From Candidatus Woesearchaeota archaeon (GTDB lineage Archaea > Nanobdellota > Nanobdellia > SCGC-AAA011-G17 > UBA489), in contig JABIKK010000008.1 in assembly GCA_018655015.1 (NCBI GenBank), positions 8,791 to 72,790 on the forward strand: 64,000 nucleotides of DNA. The letters run 5' to 3'. The translations under genes and the position numbers were made by a program. Below the pieces are notes generated by a model, which saw only the letters and a list, made by a program, of their open reading frames with translations, was not told the DNA's origin and did not search any database. Below are positions 1 through 10,100 of the stretch, piece by piece. Positions within the stretch are counted from its first letter, which is position 1. Every line of letters begins with the position of its first letter.

Positions 1-141
1 CATTGCATGATCTTTGTCTGTCCAGACCATTTTCATTCCAACTATTTTGAAACCTCTTTGTTCAAATCTTTTGATGCATTCTCCGATTAGTCCACGTTCT
101 ACACCATCCGGTTTAACTAAAACTAATGTTCTTTCAATCAT
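1..141 (-). CDS. ndk: nucleoside diphosphate kinase (partial, N-terminal part only; continues beyond window start)
   Basis: Minus-strand translation [40 protein letters not shown] matches the NDK N-terminus (KPDGV..RGL.GE). Start ATG overlaps the L24e stop as ATGA. Confidence 0.8.
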   Translation of the reverse strand, partial: MIERTLVLVKPDGVERGLIGECIKRFEQRGFKIVGMKMVWTDKDHAM

Positions 142-308
142 TTTTTGAATCTTAATGTCCATCTGGTGTGGACAGGATTTCTTTTTAGATTTAAGTGGTT
201 TTTTTTACACTTTAAGGTGCAGAAGTTGAACATTTTAGCATCGTCCTTGATGTATAATGTTCCTGTTCCCTGTTCAATATCTTTTCCACAGAAAGTGCAC
301 TTTGCCAT
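138..308 (-). CDS. rpl24e: 50S ribosomal protein L24e
   Basis: Not in ORF track because it is under 60 aa. Minus-strand translation [51 protein letters not shown] shows the C4 zinc-ribbon L24e signature. It sits between S28e and ndk as in the conserved archaeal operon. Confidence 0.8.
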   Translation of the reverse strand: MAKCTFCGKDIEQGTGTLYIKDDAKMFNFCTLKCKKNHLNLKRNPVHTRWTLRFKK

Positions 309-574
309 TATCTTTTTCCTCTCTTGGAAACACTTAATGAACGTGCCTCAATTTCTGTTTCTCTTAGCATTAAAATGTCTTTTATAGCAATTGCTCCTTT
401 GACATTTCTTCTTAGAATTTTATTTCTATCAGGACCATCTAGAACCTTTGCACGAACTTGAGTTATTCCTCCTCTTGTTCCAGTTCTTCCTACGATTTCC
501 TGAACTTCGGCTGGAAACGCAGAAGTAAAAGATACTCCTGTTGCTTTTTTCTTTTCTTGTTTTTCTTCAGCCAT
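308..574 (-). CDS. rps28e: 30S ribosomal protein S28e
   Basis: VQEIVGRTGTRGGITQVRAKVLDGPDRNKILRRNVKGAIAIKDILMLRETEIEARSL is a typical S28e sequence. Confidence 0.9.
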   Translation of the reverse strand: MAEEKQEKKKATGVSFTSAFPAEVQEIVGRTGTRGGITQVRAKVLDGPDRNKILRRNVKGAIAIKDILMLRETEIEARSLSVSKRGKR

Positions 575-578
575 TTGA

Positions 579-1127
579 TTATTCCTTCTTTTCTACAGGT
601 TTTTCTTCTTTCGGAGTTTCAGTAGGAGCTTCTTCTTTTGGCTCTTCCTTTTTCTCCTCTTTAGTCTCAACCTTAGGAGCTTCTTCTTTAGGTTCCGGCT
701 CTGCCTTTTTCTCTTCTTTCGGAGCTTCTTCCTTAGGCTTTGCCTTCGGAGCTTCCTTTATTTCTTCTTTAGGTTCCGGTTTAGGCTCAACTTTCGGAGC
801 CATTGCCTTAGCTAGCTCGTTGATTATTCCTGTAGACTCTCCTGGTTCTACAACAGCTACGCTTGAAGTGGGTATTCCTAAGCCTGCTGCAGCTCCTAGC
901 TCTTCTCTGCTTGGAACTTTTACGAAAGGAGTTCCTTTTTCATTACAAAGAGGTTCTAAGTGTAGAATAACTTCTGCAGGATTAACATCTGCAGCTGCTA
1001 GAACTAGTTTTGCAGTTCCTCTTTCAATAGTTTTGGTAACTTCGTTAGTACCTTTTTTTATCTTGCCAGTCTTTGCTGCCAATTCAATAGCCTCATAGGC
1101 CTTATTTGTTAGATTTTCGTCAGTCAT
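579..1127 (-). CDS. rpl7ae: 50S ribosomal protein L7Ae (K-turn binding) with an unusual ~65-aa Pro/Glu/Lys-rich C-terminal tail
   Basis: KGTNEVTKTIERGTAKLVLAAADVNPAEVILHLEPLCNEKGTPFVKVPSREELGAAAG matches the L7Ae core. The tail is repeats of KEEAPK and PEPKEE. Confidence 0.9.
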   Translation of the reverse strand: MTDENLTNKAYEAIELAAKTGKIKKGTNEVTKTIERGTAKLVLAAADVNPAEVILHLEPLCNEKGTPFVKVPSREELGAAAGLGIPTSSVAVVEPGESTGIINELAKAMAPKVEPKPEPKEEIKEAPKAKPKEEAPKEEKKAEPEPKEEAPKVETKEEKKEEPKEEAPTETPKEEKPVEKKE

Positions 1128-1199
1128 TGGTTTTTCCTCCTGATTAGATTGCGAGTAGTCTAAAACGTTGAATTTAGGTTTTTAAAGATTTTGGTGTGC

Positions 1200-2885
1200 T
1201 TATTTATGTGTTTCATAGAAGACATAGGTGTCTCCATCTATGGAATCGAACTTAGCGAAGAATTTTCTTTCAAATTGGACTATCTGATTTTCTTTCAAAT
1301 GTTTTAATCCTGGTTCTCCTATGGCTTGAATATCCTTTCCATGGGGCGTTTTTACTAAGATTTTTACTGTTTCCTCATTTGTGGGTAGCCAGTGAATTGC
1401 TTTTGTTTTTAGTTTTGAGTCTGGCTTTTCTGAAATAAATTTAAAGTCCTTTGCGGAGAAGTTACATAAGTGCATCAATCGGTAATTCTTGTCTTTGATG
1501 TTGTCTTGTTTTTCTACAAAGAATTTATTTGATTTTTTGAAGTTTCTAGTTCCTCTTTCTGGGAAGTTTGGATGTAGTGGAAGTTCAGCTTTTAGATGGT
1601 CTGGCAAATTCGTTAACTCTATTTCAATTGGATCTTCAATAATGAAATATCTATTTGCTTCTGGTTCAATTATAGTTCTATTGTATGCGTAAATTGCTTT
1701 CATGAATTCTTCGTACGAAACTGTTTTGTCTACTTTTGAAGGTCCAACTTCATGAGTGTATTGTATGAATGCTTCCGCTTTAATTCCCCTTCTTTTGAAT
1801 GCTGCTACAGTGGGAAGTTTTGGATCGTCACGCCCAGTGTATTTTTTATCTTCAATGTCTTTGTTAAATTGTGAGGCAGATACTTTTATTCCTTCAAAAT
1901 TAATTCTTCCTGTGTGGATGTATTCTGGAGTCCACCAGTCAAAATACTTGAAAATGTACGCTTGTCTTTCTGCATTTGTAATGTGGTCTTTTCCACGTAT
2001 TATATGTGTTAATTCTGATTCATGATCATCAATTGCTACAGAGAAGTTCATTAAAGGCCAAACCCTGTATTTTTTCCCCACCAATGGATGTGTTTCTTCT
2101 GTTATTCTAAATGCTGGCCAATCCCTTATTGCAGGATTTTTATGCTTCATATCGGTTTTTATTCTTAAGACTGTAGATCCTTCAGGGGTTGTTGTTAGCA
2201 TTCCATTCCATCTTTCTTTTTGATCTTTAAGATTTCTACAAGGGCAATCTTCTTTTTTAGAAACAAATTCTTTCCAAATTTCTGGTTTGCAATTGCAGAC
2301 ATAAGCATGTCCTTTTGAGATTAGTTCGTCTGCGTATTTATAGTAAGTATCTATATTTTCTGATTGTATGACTACTTCAGTGATATTGTTTTGAGTTATC
2401 CAATTAGCATCTTCTTGTAATGACTTGTAGGTATCAATTGAGATATTTGAGGGATTTGTATCTTCTATTCTTAAGACACATTTACCTTTATACTTCTTTG
2501 AATACTCGCTATTTAGTAATAAGGGTATGGAATGTCCTATTGTTAATGGGCCTGAAGGGGATGGGGCGAACCTGAATCCATACTTTCTATCTAGCTCTTT
2601 TAGTTCTGGTAATCCAACTCTTTTTTTAACTTTTGGATGTATTATGTGTGCCGTGTATTTAGAGTGTAATTCTTTGAACTCTTTTTTAGATAAATTGGAA
2701 TATTCTTTGATAGTTTTTTCTATTTCTTTGTTTAATTCTTCGATTTTTGTTTTTAGATCTGGATTTGATCCGAGAAGTTTTCCTAGGATTGCTTTGGAAT
2801 TAGCTTTGCCGAATTTTTCTAAGTTTTCTAGAACGAAACCTTTCATTAAGTTGAGAGTATGTTCGCTAAAGGTCGCCTTTTTCAT
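1200..2885 (-). CDS. gltX: glutamyl-tRNA synthetase, archaeal type (class I)
   Basis: FAPSPSGPLTIGHS (HIGH-like) and HIIRGKDHITNAERQ with IKVSASQ (archaeal LSTSK-type KMSKS variant). Size and architecture fit archaeal GluRS. Confidence 0.9.
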   Translation of the reverse strand: MKKATFSEHTLNLMKGFVLENLEKFGKANSKAILGKLLGSNPDLKTKIEELNKEIEKTIKEYSNLSKKEFKELHSKYTAHIIHPKVKKRVGLPELKELDRKYGFRFAPSPSGPLTIGHSIPLLLNSEYSKKYKGKCVLRIEDTNPSNISIDTYKSLQEDANWITQNNITEVVIQSENIDTYYKYADELISKGHAYVCNCKPEIWKEFVSKKEDCPCRNLKDQKERWNGMLTTTPEGSTVLRIKTDMKHKNPAIRDWPAFRITEETHPLVGKKYRVWPLMNFSVAIDDHESELTHIIRGKDHITNAERQAYIFKYFDWWTPEYIHTGRINFEGIKVSASQFNKDIEDKKYTGRDDPKLPTVAAFKRRGIKAEAFIQYTHEVGPSKVDKTVSYEEFMKAIYAYNRTIIEPEANRYFIIEDPIEIELTNLPDHLKAELPLHPNFPERGTRNFKKSNKFFVEKQDNIKDKNYRLMHLCNFSAKDFKFISEKPDSKLKTKAIHWLPTNEETVKILVKTPHGKDIQAIGEPGLKHLKENQIVQFERKFFAKFDSIDGDTYVFYETHK

Positions 2886-2926
2886 GAATAGAAATTGATT
2901 AACTGTCTATATATAGCTTTTGATGA

Positions 2927-3631
2927 TTATTTGCCGTATCTTCTCTTTCTCTTTGTGAACTCTTCTACACACTTGATTAGGTCTTCTTTTTCAAATTCGG
3001 GCCAAGTTTTTTCTAGATAAAACCACTCGGAATATGCTGATTGATAGCACATGAAATTTGAAGATCTTTGATCTCCGCCTGTACGGATTATCATATCAGG
3101 TTCATCTGGAGTGTATAAGTGTTTTTCAAATAGTTCTTTGTTGACATCCGAAGATTTTATTGTTCCTTCTTCAACACCTTTTGCAATTTCTCTTGCCGCG
3201 TTTACAATTTCGTCCCTACCGCCATATGCTAATGCGATGTTGACTAGATATTCTGAATTATTTTTTGTTTTTTCTTCAAGTATTTTTGTTGATTCTTGTA
3301 TATTTTCTGGAAGAAGGTGGAGATTTCCTATGAACTTTATTTTTATTCCATTTTCATTAATTTCTGGATCGTCTGCGAACTTGTCAAAGGTTTCTTTGAA
3401 AAGTTTCATTAAATAGTCAAATTCTTCTTTCGGCCTATTGAGATTTTCTGTTGAAAGGCCGTATACCGTTAATTCTTTGAGGTCAAAATCTTTGCACCAA
3501 GTTAAAACTTTTCTAAATTTTTTTGCACCTAATTCATGACCTTGCCAAGGTTTTAACATTAGCTTTTTTGCAAACCTTCTATTCCCATCTATAATCAATC
3601 CTAAGTGTTTTGGAAAATTTTTTTCAGACAT
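2927..3631 (-). CDS. uppS: undecaprenyl (tritrans,polycis) diphosphate synthase, cis-prenyltransferase
   Basis: HLGLIIDGNRRFAKK and YGGRDEI motifs of the UPP synthase family. Confidence 0.9.
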   Translation of the reverse strand: MSEKNFPKHLGLIIDGNRRFAKKLMLKPWQGHELGAKKFRKVLTWCKDFDLKELTVYGLSTENLNRPKEEFDYLMKLFKETFDKFADDPEINENGIKIKFIGNLHLLPENIQESTKILEEKTKNNSEYLVNIALAYGGRDEIVNAAREIAKGVEEGTIKSSDVNKELFEKHLYTPDEPDMIIRTGGDQRSSNFMCYQSAYSEWFYLEKTWPEFEKEDLIKCVEEFTKRKRRYGK

Positions 3632-3761
3632 TTTATGAAATTTTGGTTCTGAGATACCTTTTAAGTATGTTGTTTGATATTTTTATAGAAATGACTTTAT
3701 TTATAAATTAAAGTTAGAAACTTTTAAATACTTAGACATATGAATTTGATAACACTCCGTA

Positions 3762-5144
3762 GTGGTGATTTATATGGTTCAAGAAGTGTTAATTCCAGTT
3801 CAAAAGTATGTTACAGTCCTTTTGCTATTCATTGCAGCTTTTATGTGGTTGCTTCTGAGAAAGAACCGTGGTGAAGAAGGTTTAGTTGCCTTAAGGATTA
3901 ATCGAGCGTTTACAGTTATGGTTCTAGTTGTTTTGCCTTTTATTGTTGGAACTTTTTCTTTCTTTTCTGAGGATATTGCCCGACTTGGAATGAGCTTTTT
4001 ATTAGCATTGATATTTTTAATTTTACTTGTTGTATTGTTTAAGTTTGATAAGATAAATACTAAGGAGAGGAACAAAGATTTTAGGGATTTAATGAAAGAT
4101 TCCCAAAAACATCCAATTAAATTTGAATTTGCAAGGAGAATTGTTGCTCCTGAGATAAAGAAATTAAAAGAAAAAGAAAAAGCTCTTGATAAAAAAAGAA
4201 AAAAGTTTAGTTCTGATAAGTCTAAAGAGATGAAGGTTTTGAAGATTAAAGAGAAAAAGCTTGATGAGAAACTAAAGCGTTCTGAAGAGTTAAGTGATTT
4301 TATTAAGAAGAACCAAATGAAAACCGAAGAAAGATCTAGAGTTATTAGTTCAAAGCTTGAGAATGTTGATAAGGTGAAGAAAGAAATTGTTAAGAAAGAA
4401 AGTAATATTGAAAAACGTGAGAAGCATTTAGAAAGTAAAATTGATGATAATAAGAAAAGAAAAAATGAATTAGAATCTTTGTTTAGAAGACAAAAATTAA
4501 ATCTTGCTAAAAAGACTAAGGAAGTTTTACTTGAAGTAAGAGATGGTGCTATGAGGGAGATTAGAGATAGAGAAAGTGAATTAGAAATCTCTAAGGCTGA
4601 ACTAGGGGCAATAAAGAGAGATGTTTCTAGAAGAGAAAGGAATCTCAATCCAAGGATTAATAGTCTTGAAAAGAGAGAAAGTGAAATTGAAAAGAGATTT
4701 TCAAAAGTTAGAATACAAGAATCTGAGATAAGGGAAGCTCTAGATAATTTACAAATACTAAGGAAACAATTTGCAAAAGAAGAGAAGATGCTAAGAAAAG
4801 ATAAATCTGAACTTGGTTCTTACAAATCTGAACTTGGGAGAAAAGAGAAGAGAGCTGAACGTATGAAGTTAACATATTCTAAAAATAACAATGATTTGAT
4901 TAAAAGGGAAACTGAATTGGATACCTTTGAAGGATCTATCAAGAAAAGGAAAAGAGATTTGGATGCGCTTGAAAGAAGACTTGCAAGAAAGAATAAGGAA
5001 ATTAGTACCTTGGAAGTTAGATTGAATAAGCAGTTAGACAATACTTCAAAAAAAGATAAACTTGATGGGGATGTTGGAGACATAATTTCTGACGAAGTTT
5101 ATACTTCTAATAAAAAAGTAAGGAGAAAAAATGGCAATAAGTAA
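3762..5144 (+). CDS. membrane-anchored protein with 3 N-terminal TM helices and a ~350-aa K/E-rich coiled-coil region
   Basis: Hydrophobic N-terminal segments, then heptad-like KEKxL/EKRE repeats. No recognisable catalytic motif. Confidence 0.5.
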   Translation: MVIYMVQEVLIPVQKYVTVLLLFIAAFMWLLLRKNRGEEGLVALRINRAFTVMVLVVLPFIVGTFSFFSEDIARLGMSFLLALIFLILLVVLFKFDKINTKERNKDFRDLMKDSQKHPIKFEFARRIVAPEIKKLKEKEKALDKKRKKFSSDKSKEMKVLKIKEKKLDEKLKRSEELSDFIKKNQMKTEERSRVISSKLENVDKVKKEIVKKESNIEKREKHLESKIDDNKKRKNELESLFRRQKLNLAKKTKEVLLEVRDGAMREIRDRESELEISKAELGAIKRDVSRRERNLNPRINSLEKRESEIEKRFSKVRIQESEIREALDNLQILRKQFAKEEKMLRKDKSELGSYKSELGRKEKRAERMKLTYSKNNNDLIKRETELDTFEGSIKKRKRDLDALERRLARKNKEISTLEVRLNKQLDNTSKKDKLDGDVGDIISDEVYTSNKKVRRKNGNK

Positions 5145-5472
5145 TACAATCTTTATGTTGGACGTTTTAACTTTAGCATTTGTAGTCCTATCTTTGGCTT
5201 TTTTAGTTAGGAATAGAGAATATGAGAGAAGTGCTTTTGAAAATAGTTTGAATGCTTTATTGTTTGGATTGTTATTGATGGTCCTTATCAAGGCTATTGA
5301 TGTTTTGTATTGGTCTAGGGATATATTCCCTAATTTATTGATTAGTACTGGAATGGAGCCATATATTGCTAATATGTTAACTGTTTCTCAAGTGGCTTTG
5401 TTACCTTTGTTTGCTGTGTGTATATTAGTTGCAGTTATATTTGCTAAGGATGCCTTCGAGGGATTTAGTTAA
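5131..5472 (+). CDS. small multi-TM membrane protein
   Basis: 113 aa, 3-4 predicted hydrophobic helices. Start overlaps the upstream gene end. Confidence 0.4.
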   Translation: MAISNTIFMLDVLTLAFVVLSLAFLVRNREYERSAFENSLNALLFGLLLMVLIKAIDVLYWSRDIFPNLLISTGMEPYIANMLTVSQVALLPLFAVCILVAVIFAKDAFEGFS

Positions 5473-5515
5473 ACTTATATATTAGAAACTATGGTTTTGT
5501 GTAGTTATATTAAAA

Positions 5516-8275
5516 ATGAAAGCTAAATTAAATTTTGGAATTTTGTTAATATCCTTATTTTGTGTTAGTTTGGTTAGTGCGGGTGATGTTTTTGAAATTG
5601 GGAATTCCTATGATTTATTGGAGTTAAGGGAACCTATTGGCGATGTACAAAATACTATAACCTCTGTAGAAATGCCTAATTTTTTAGTGGGTGGAATAAT
5701 TAATACCAATCAAGGCTCAACAGCTTTCAATCAATACTTGAGGTTCTTTAATTCTGCGGATCCAATTAGTAATTCTCCTGCCGTTAATTTTACTGAAAAC
5801 CAAGGAATCAATGATGGGTTTGTAGGCGACTATTTGTACATTCAAGATAGTGATAATCCAACGAACCAATCTACAGCTTTCCTTGAGTATGAACTTGAAT
5901 TTGAGTCTGGTCTTGAAAGCACTGTTAGTGCAGGAAAACTCCCCGATTTGATGGATATAGAGATTACTTTCTTTAATGTTGATTATACTATAGTTGATAA
6001 CTGGGTTGACACTTCTGCTAATGAAGTTACTTTATTTATGTGGTCTAGCGAAGTAAAGGAATATTTGCAAGAAGGAGAAACTAAAAATTATTTTATTAAC
6101 GGAATTCCCTATGCAGTTGAGGTAACTGCCATTACCAATAATCCAATAACTACCATTTTGAAGATTAATGGGCAAACTACAACGCCCCTTAGTGAAGGGC
6201 AAACTTTTGTATTAAATGATGGGACTGTTATTGGTGTTCAAAATATTATATTGAATACTGGTGGCGTTGATATTGTCGAGATTTTTTTAGATGTTGGAAA
6301 ACTTGAGTTTAAGGATTCCGAATACATAGATGGGAATTTTGATCAAACAGTAATGGTTGATGGAATGCCCATTACAGAAGGGTTGGTTAAGATAGATGCT
6401 GCAGAATTATCCTCTGCAACTAAATTAGAAATTTCAACTATCAGATACAGATTGTCAGCTGATGCTTTAAATGGTGATGATGTAGGGGTAGAGCCTGGGC
6501 AAGGTGTAAGAGGGTATTTGGACACCCCAGAGGGCATGATACACCCAACATGGGATATTAGGTACGAGGGTTTAGATAATGTTCAAACAAGTATCATTAA
6601 GTTAGATCCTAGTGGGGATGATGAATATAAATTAGTTTTTGAGAATAAACAAGGACTTGTTTACAATGTTCCTTTCGCTACAAATGAGGGTGGAACATTC
6701 AAATATGGTAATGACGATAGAGACTTTGTTTTTGAAGAAGGAAGATATAACTCTTCCGCAAGAACTGCTGCAGACCAACAGCCTACAATTGGCCATTTAG
6801 ACTATTTTGTTTTGAGTGATGTTGATGAATTTAATAATTATGATAATCGTGCTATATCTCATGTTATGAGGTATGGTAACTACGATGCACAAAATAAGGA
6901 ACTTAAGTTTGAAGATATGGCAACAGGTGATACAAAGCTTGTAACTTATGTAACAACTAGTCCTGCAAACGGAACACTAGGTAGTGGAGACTTAAATGTT
7001 GGAGGGACAACATACAAAGTTTATGTTGCTAATGTGACGTCAGGTATCCCATCATTAATCTTTGATTTAGATGCTGACGGGAATGTAAACATGGAAGAAG
7101 TTAGAATTACCATTAATGGTGGTGGAATTATTGACTTAGGTAAACATGAACTTTCAACTGGAGGATCATGGAATACTACTCTTGGAAGTAATGCAGGGGT
7201 TTGGTCAAATACAGGTAATGCGATTCCAGAGGGAAAATTTGAATTGAATTTGACTACCTTGGCAAGTGATTTTGATGAAGGTGGCCCAATTACATTAAAC
7301 AGTCCTGGAAATGAATGGATATCTTTTATTGTGGATGACAGACCTTTCAATGAAATTGGAATAGCGAGTACTAATATGTCATCTAATGGCGGAATTCACG
7401 CATTGTTAGAAAGTGTAGAAAACAATGACTATTACTCCGGTATGACTGACTATGGTGCTTTGGTAACATTGTACGATGCATCTTTGTCAAACACCCCAGA
7501 GACATTAACTATCGAATACCCTTTATCTCAGAGAGGAGTAAATGTTTTAATTGTTGAAGGTGATATTGTAAATACCTCACTTCCTGATTTGCTAATTTCA
7601 GATTATTCTGTTTCCCCTTCATTTATTGAGCCTGGAGATTTAGTAACGGTTAACTTAACTTTAATGAATGCAGGTACAGAGCCTGTTATTGGTAATTTTA
7701 ATTGGGTTTATGATTTTGATTATGGTGCTAACTTGAACTCACTTGTTTTGAATTCAGGAGATTCCTTGAATTTATCATTTACTCATACCTATGGTGAAGC
7801 TGGAGATCATACTTTCTATTTTGAAGTTGATCCTACTCAAGTTATAGAAGAGTTAAATGAAAATAATAATGTTCTTTTCTTGAATATTTTTGTAGATGGG
7901 ACTCCAGATTTAGAGCCTTTCTTAATTTCAAAGAAGAAGGACCCTAATAATAGGAACAATATACTTTTCAATTATAGGATTAAAAATCATGGAGACCTTT
8001 ATGTAGACAACTTTGATTATGACATTGCTTATGGCGATGGAACCGGAGCTGGTGGTTTTATAACAGAAAGAATTAATGCTGGTAGTTATTATGACTTTAA
8101 TCTAAGCCATGAGTACAATGTTGCAGGAAAGTATGATGTTGATTTTAAAGTTGATGCTTTTAATCTAATAACTGAACTTAATGAGACTAATAATTTAGTT
8201 AGTGCTTCTGTGTGGATTCCATGTGATAAGGTAGTTCCGGGAATGAAAACTAGATGTTTACCAAAAAAGAGATAG
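5516..8275 (+). CDS. large secreted surface/adhesin-like protein with two C-terminal CARDB-type domains
   Basis: Signal peptide MKAKLNFGILLISLFCVSLVSAG, then beta-rich sequence. DLLISDYSVSPSFIEPGDLVTVNLTLMNAGTEPV and a second copy PDLEPFLISKK..NYRIKNHGDLYVDNF resemble CARDB domains. Confidence 0.7.
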   Translation: MKAKLNFGILLISLFCVSLVSAGDVFEIGNSYDLLELREPIGDVQNTITSVEMPNFLVGGIINTNQGSTAFNQYLRFFNSADPISNSPAVNFTENQGINDGFVGDYLYIQDSDNPTNQSTAFLEYELEFESGLESTVSAGKLPDLMDIEITFFNVDYTIVDNWVDTSANEVTLFMWSSEVKEYLQEGETKNYFINGIPYAVEVTAITNNPITTILKINGQTTTPLSEGQTFVLNDGTVIGVQNIILNTGGVDIVEIFLDVGKLEFKDSEYIDGNFDQTVMVDGMPITEGLVKIDAAELSSATKLEISTIRYRLSADALNGDDVGVEPGQGVRGYLDTPEGMIHPTWDIRYEGLDNVQTSIIKLDPSGDDEYKLVFENKQGLVYNVPFATNEGGTFKYGNDDRDFVFEEGRYNSSARTAADQQPTIGHLDYFVLSDVDEFNNYDNRAISHVMRYGNYDAQNKELKFEDMATGDTKLVTYVTTSPANGTLGSGDLNVGGTTYKVYVANVTSGIPSLIFDLDADGNVNMEEVRITINGGGIIDLGKHELSTGGSWNTTLGSNAGVWSNTGNAIPEGKFELNLTTLASDFDEGGPITLNSPGNEWISFIVDDRPFNEIGIASTNMSSNGGIHALLESVENNDYYSGMTDYGALVTLYDASLSNTPETLTIEYPLSQRGVNVLIVEGDIVNTSLPDLLISDYSVSPSFIEPGDLVTVNLTLMNAGTEPVIGNFNWVYDFDYGANLNSLVLNSGDSLNLSFTHTYGEAGDHTFYFEVDPTQVIEELNENNNVLFLNIFVDGTPDLEPFLISKKKDPNNRNNILFNYRIKNHGDLYVDNFDYDIAYGDGTGAGGFITERINAGSYYDFNLSHEYNVAGKYDVDFKVDAFNLITELNETNNLVSASVWIPCDKVVPGMKTRCLPKKR

Positions 8276-8313
8276 AAAGATTCTTATACTCTCTCGAAAA
8301 AATATATTTTTAG

Positions 8314-9318
8314 ATGAAAGCGGGAAAATTTAGCATTATGAAGTTGTTTGGTATTTTATTACTATTTCTTTTCATTATTATTTTATTATTAAACTTTATT
8401 CCCAATAAAGGAAATAAGGAATGTTCTTTGGATAACGAGTATTTAACTGAAGAGCTTGTTTTTCACTCTGGTTATGAAGCTGGTAGTGTTGGGACTCCTA
8501 GTAACGCACACGAAAAGATTACAGGAATAGATAATAGTTTTACAGATCACAATGATTGGCAGAAAAGCTTTAGTGATCATCCACTCTTTGGGAATTTTAG
8601 AATTTGGTATGAAGAAGGAGATGCGTCTAAAAGATATGCTAAGATTATAGATGATCCTACTTCTCAAGAAAATAAAGTACTTCATTTCTGGTTGGATGAA
8701 CCACATATCAATTATGATGTGATTAAGAAAAAAGGAAGAATACAGGCTGCTATTGTCAATAATAGAAACTTGCGTTCTTTTTACATTAAACAAAGGCTTT
8801 TCATGCCTGATGATTTCGAGCAATTAAAGTCTTATCCTAAAAAAATAAACTGGTTAACAATTCAAGAGTTTTGGAATGATGCTACAGGGAAAGAGTTTCC
8901 TTTTAGAGTAACATTGAATATGAGAAAGACTACTTCTGAAAAAGGGGATTTGTATTTTGGTACTCATGCTCAAATTAAAGAAAAAGGTAAGTGGGTGAAT
9001 ATTTGGGCTTCGATAAACGAGGAATATGAGGTTCCAATTGGAGAATGGATAACTATTGAAACATATCTTGTAGAAGGAAATGAAAATGAAGGAAGATTTG
9101 TATTTGAAGTTACAGATAGTTTGGGAGATAAAGAAACTATTTTTGATATAACTGGATATACCCATCATCCTGACGATCCTTGCCCTGACGGGTTTAATAG
9201 ATTCAACCCTATCAAATTGTATACTTCAGATGATCTGATTGATTATATGACTGAAGAAAATAAAATACTTCAAATGTACTGGGATGACTTTGAAATTTGG
9301 GCAAATAAAAGGCCATGA
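8314..9318 (+). CDS. secreted/membrane-anchored hypothetical protein, possible jelly-roll glycan-active domain
   Basis: N-terminal TM/signal anchor FGILLLFLFIIILLLNFI. Aromatic- and Asp-rich globular domain with no clear motif. Confidence 0.45.
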   Translation: MKAGKFSIMKLFGILLLFLFIIILLLNFIPNKGNKECSLDNEYLTEELVFHSGYEAGSVGTPSNAHEKITGIDNSFTDHNDWQKSFSDHPLFGNFRIWYEEGDASKRYAKIIDDPTSQENKVLHFWLDEPHINYDVIKKKGRIQAAIVNNRNLRSFYIKQRLFMPDDFEQLKSYPKKINWLTIQEFWNDATGKEFPFRVTLNMRKTTSEKGDLYFGTHAQIKEKGKWVNIWASINEEYEVPIGEWITIETYLVEGNENEGRFVFEVTDSLGDKETIFDITGYTHHPDDPCPDGFNRFNPIKLYTSDDLIDYMTEENKILQMYWDDFEIWANKRP

Positions 9319-9414
9319 TCTTTGTTAAAAATTTGATAATTTATCAATACAGAAAGTTTTATAAATAGGTTCAAGTTTACTTATTTATTCTAGATATCAA
9401 TTTGGTGAAATCTA

Positions 9415-10071
9415 ATGAGCGTGAATGACGATTTAAGAGAACACATAAAGAAAGGTACTACTACGGTTGGAATCAAATGTTCTGACGGTATTGTTCTTGC
9501 AGCTGATAAAAGAGCTACCTTAGGTGGTAGAATTGTTAGCAATAAGACTGTAGATAAAGTATTTCCTATCTCTGATAATATTGCAGTAACTATGGCTGGA
9601 GTTGTTTCAGATGCTCAATTAATTACTAAATTGATTAAAGCAGAATTAAGATTAAAGAAATATAGGACTGGAAAAGATTCCAACGTTAGAGAAACTTCAA
9701 GTTTATTGGGAAGTATTGTTTATCAAAATATCAGAAGAATGAGTCCAATTATGGGTATTACTGGCTTTTTGTTGGGTGGTGCTGATAAGGAAGGCTTCCA
9801 TTTGTATGACATTGGTGTTGATGGAAGTGTTTTAGAACATGAAGATTATGTTACTGATGGAAGTGGATTTATGATGGCTTTTGGTGTTTTGGATACACTA
9901 TACAAGAAAGATTTGAAAGTTAATGATGCTGTAAAGCTTGCAGTTAAAGCAATCAATGCTGCAATGCAGAGAGACACGGCAACTGGTGAAGGTATAGACG
10001 TTTATGCTATAACTAAGCAAGGAGTGAAGAAGGTATTTGCAGAAAAGCTGAACACAACTATTACTTGTTGA
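9415..10071 (+). CDS. psmB: proteasome beta subunit
   Basis: Propeptide then active-site Thr TTTVGIKCSDGIVLAADKRATLGGRIV. Ntn-hydrolase proteasome signature. Confidence 0.9.
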   Translation: MSVNDDLREHIKKGTTTVGIKCSDGIVLAADKRATLGGRIVSNKTVDKVFPISDNIAVTMAGVVSDAQLITKLIKAELRLKKYRTGKDSNVRETSSLLGSIVYQNIRRMSPIMGITGFLLGGADKEGFHLYDIGVDGSVLEHEDYVTDGSGFMMAFGVLDTLYKKDLKVNDAVKLAVKAINAAMQRDTATGEGIDVYAITKQGVKKVFAEKLNTTITC

Positions 10072-10100
10072 ATTTATTCTAATTTATTTTTTATATTAAT

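Noticed and set aside
541-1098. 185-aa plus-strand ORF rich in S/F/G
   Set aside because: Lies entirely antisense to the well-supported L7Ae gene. Its low-complexity sequence mirrors the PEK repeat tail. Antisense artefact.
3800-4648. 282-aa minus-strand ORF (S/L/F-rich)
   Set aside because: Antisense to the K/E coiled-coil gene. The composition is the complement of the AAG/GAA-rich coding strand.
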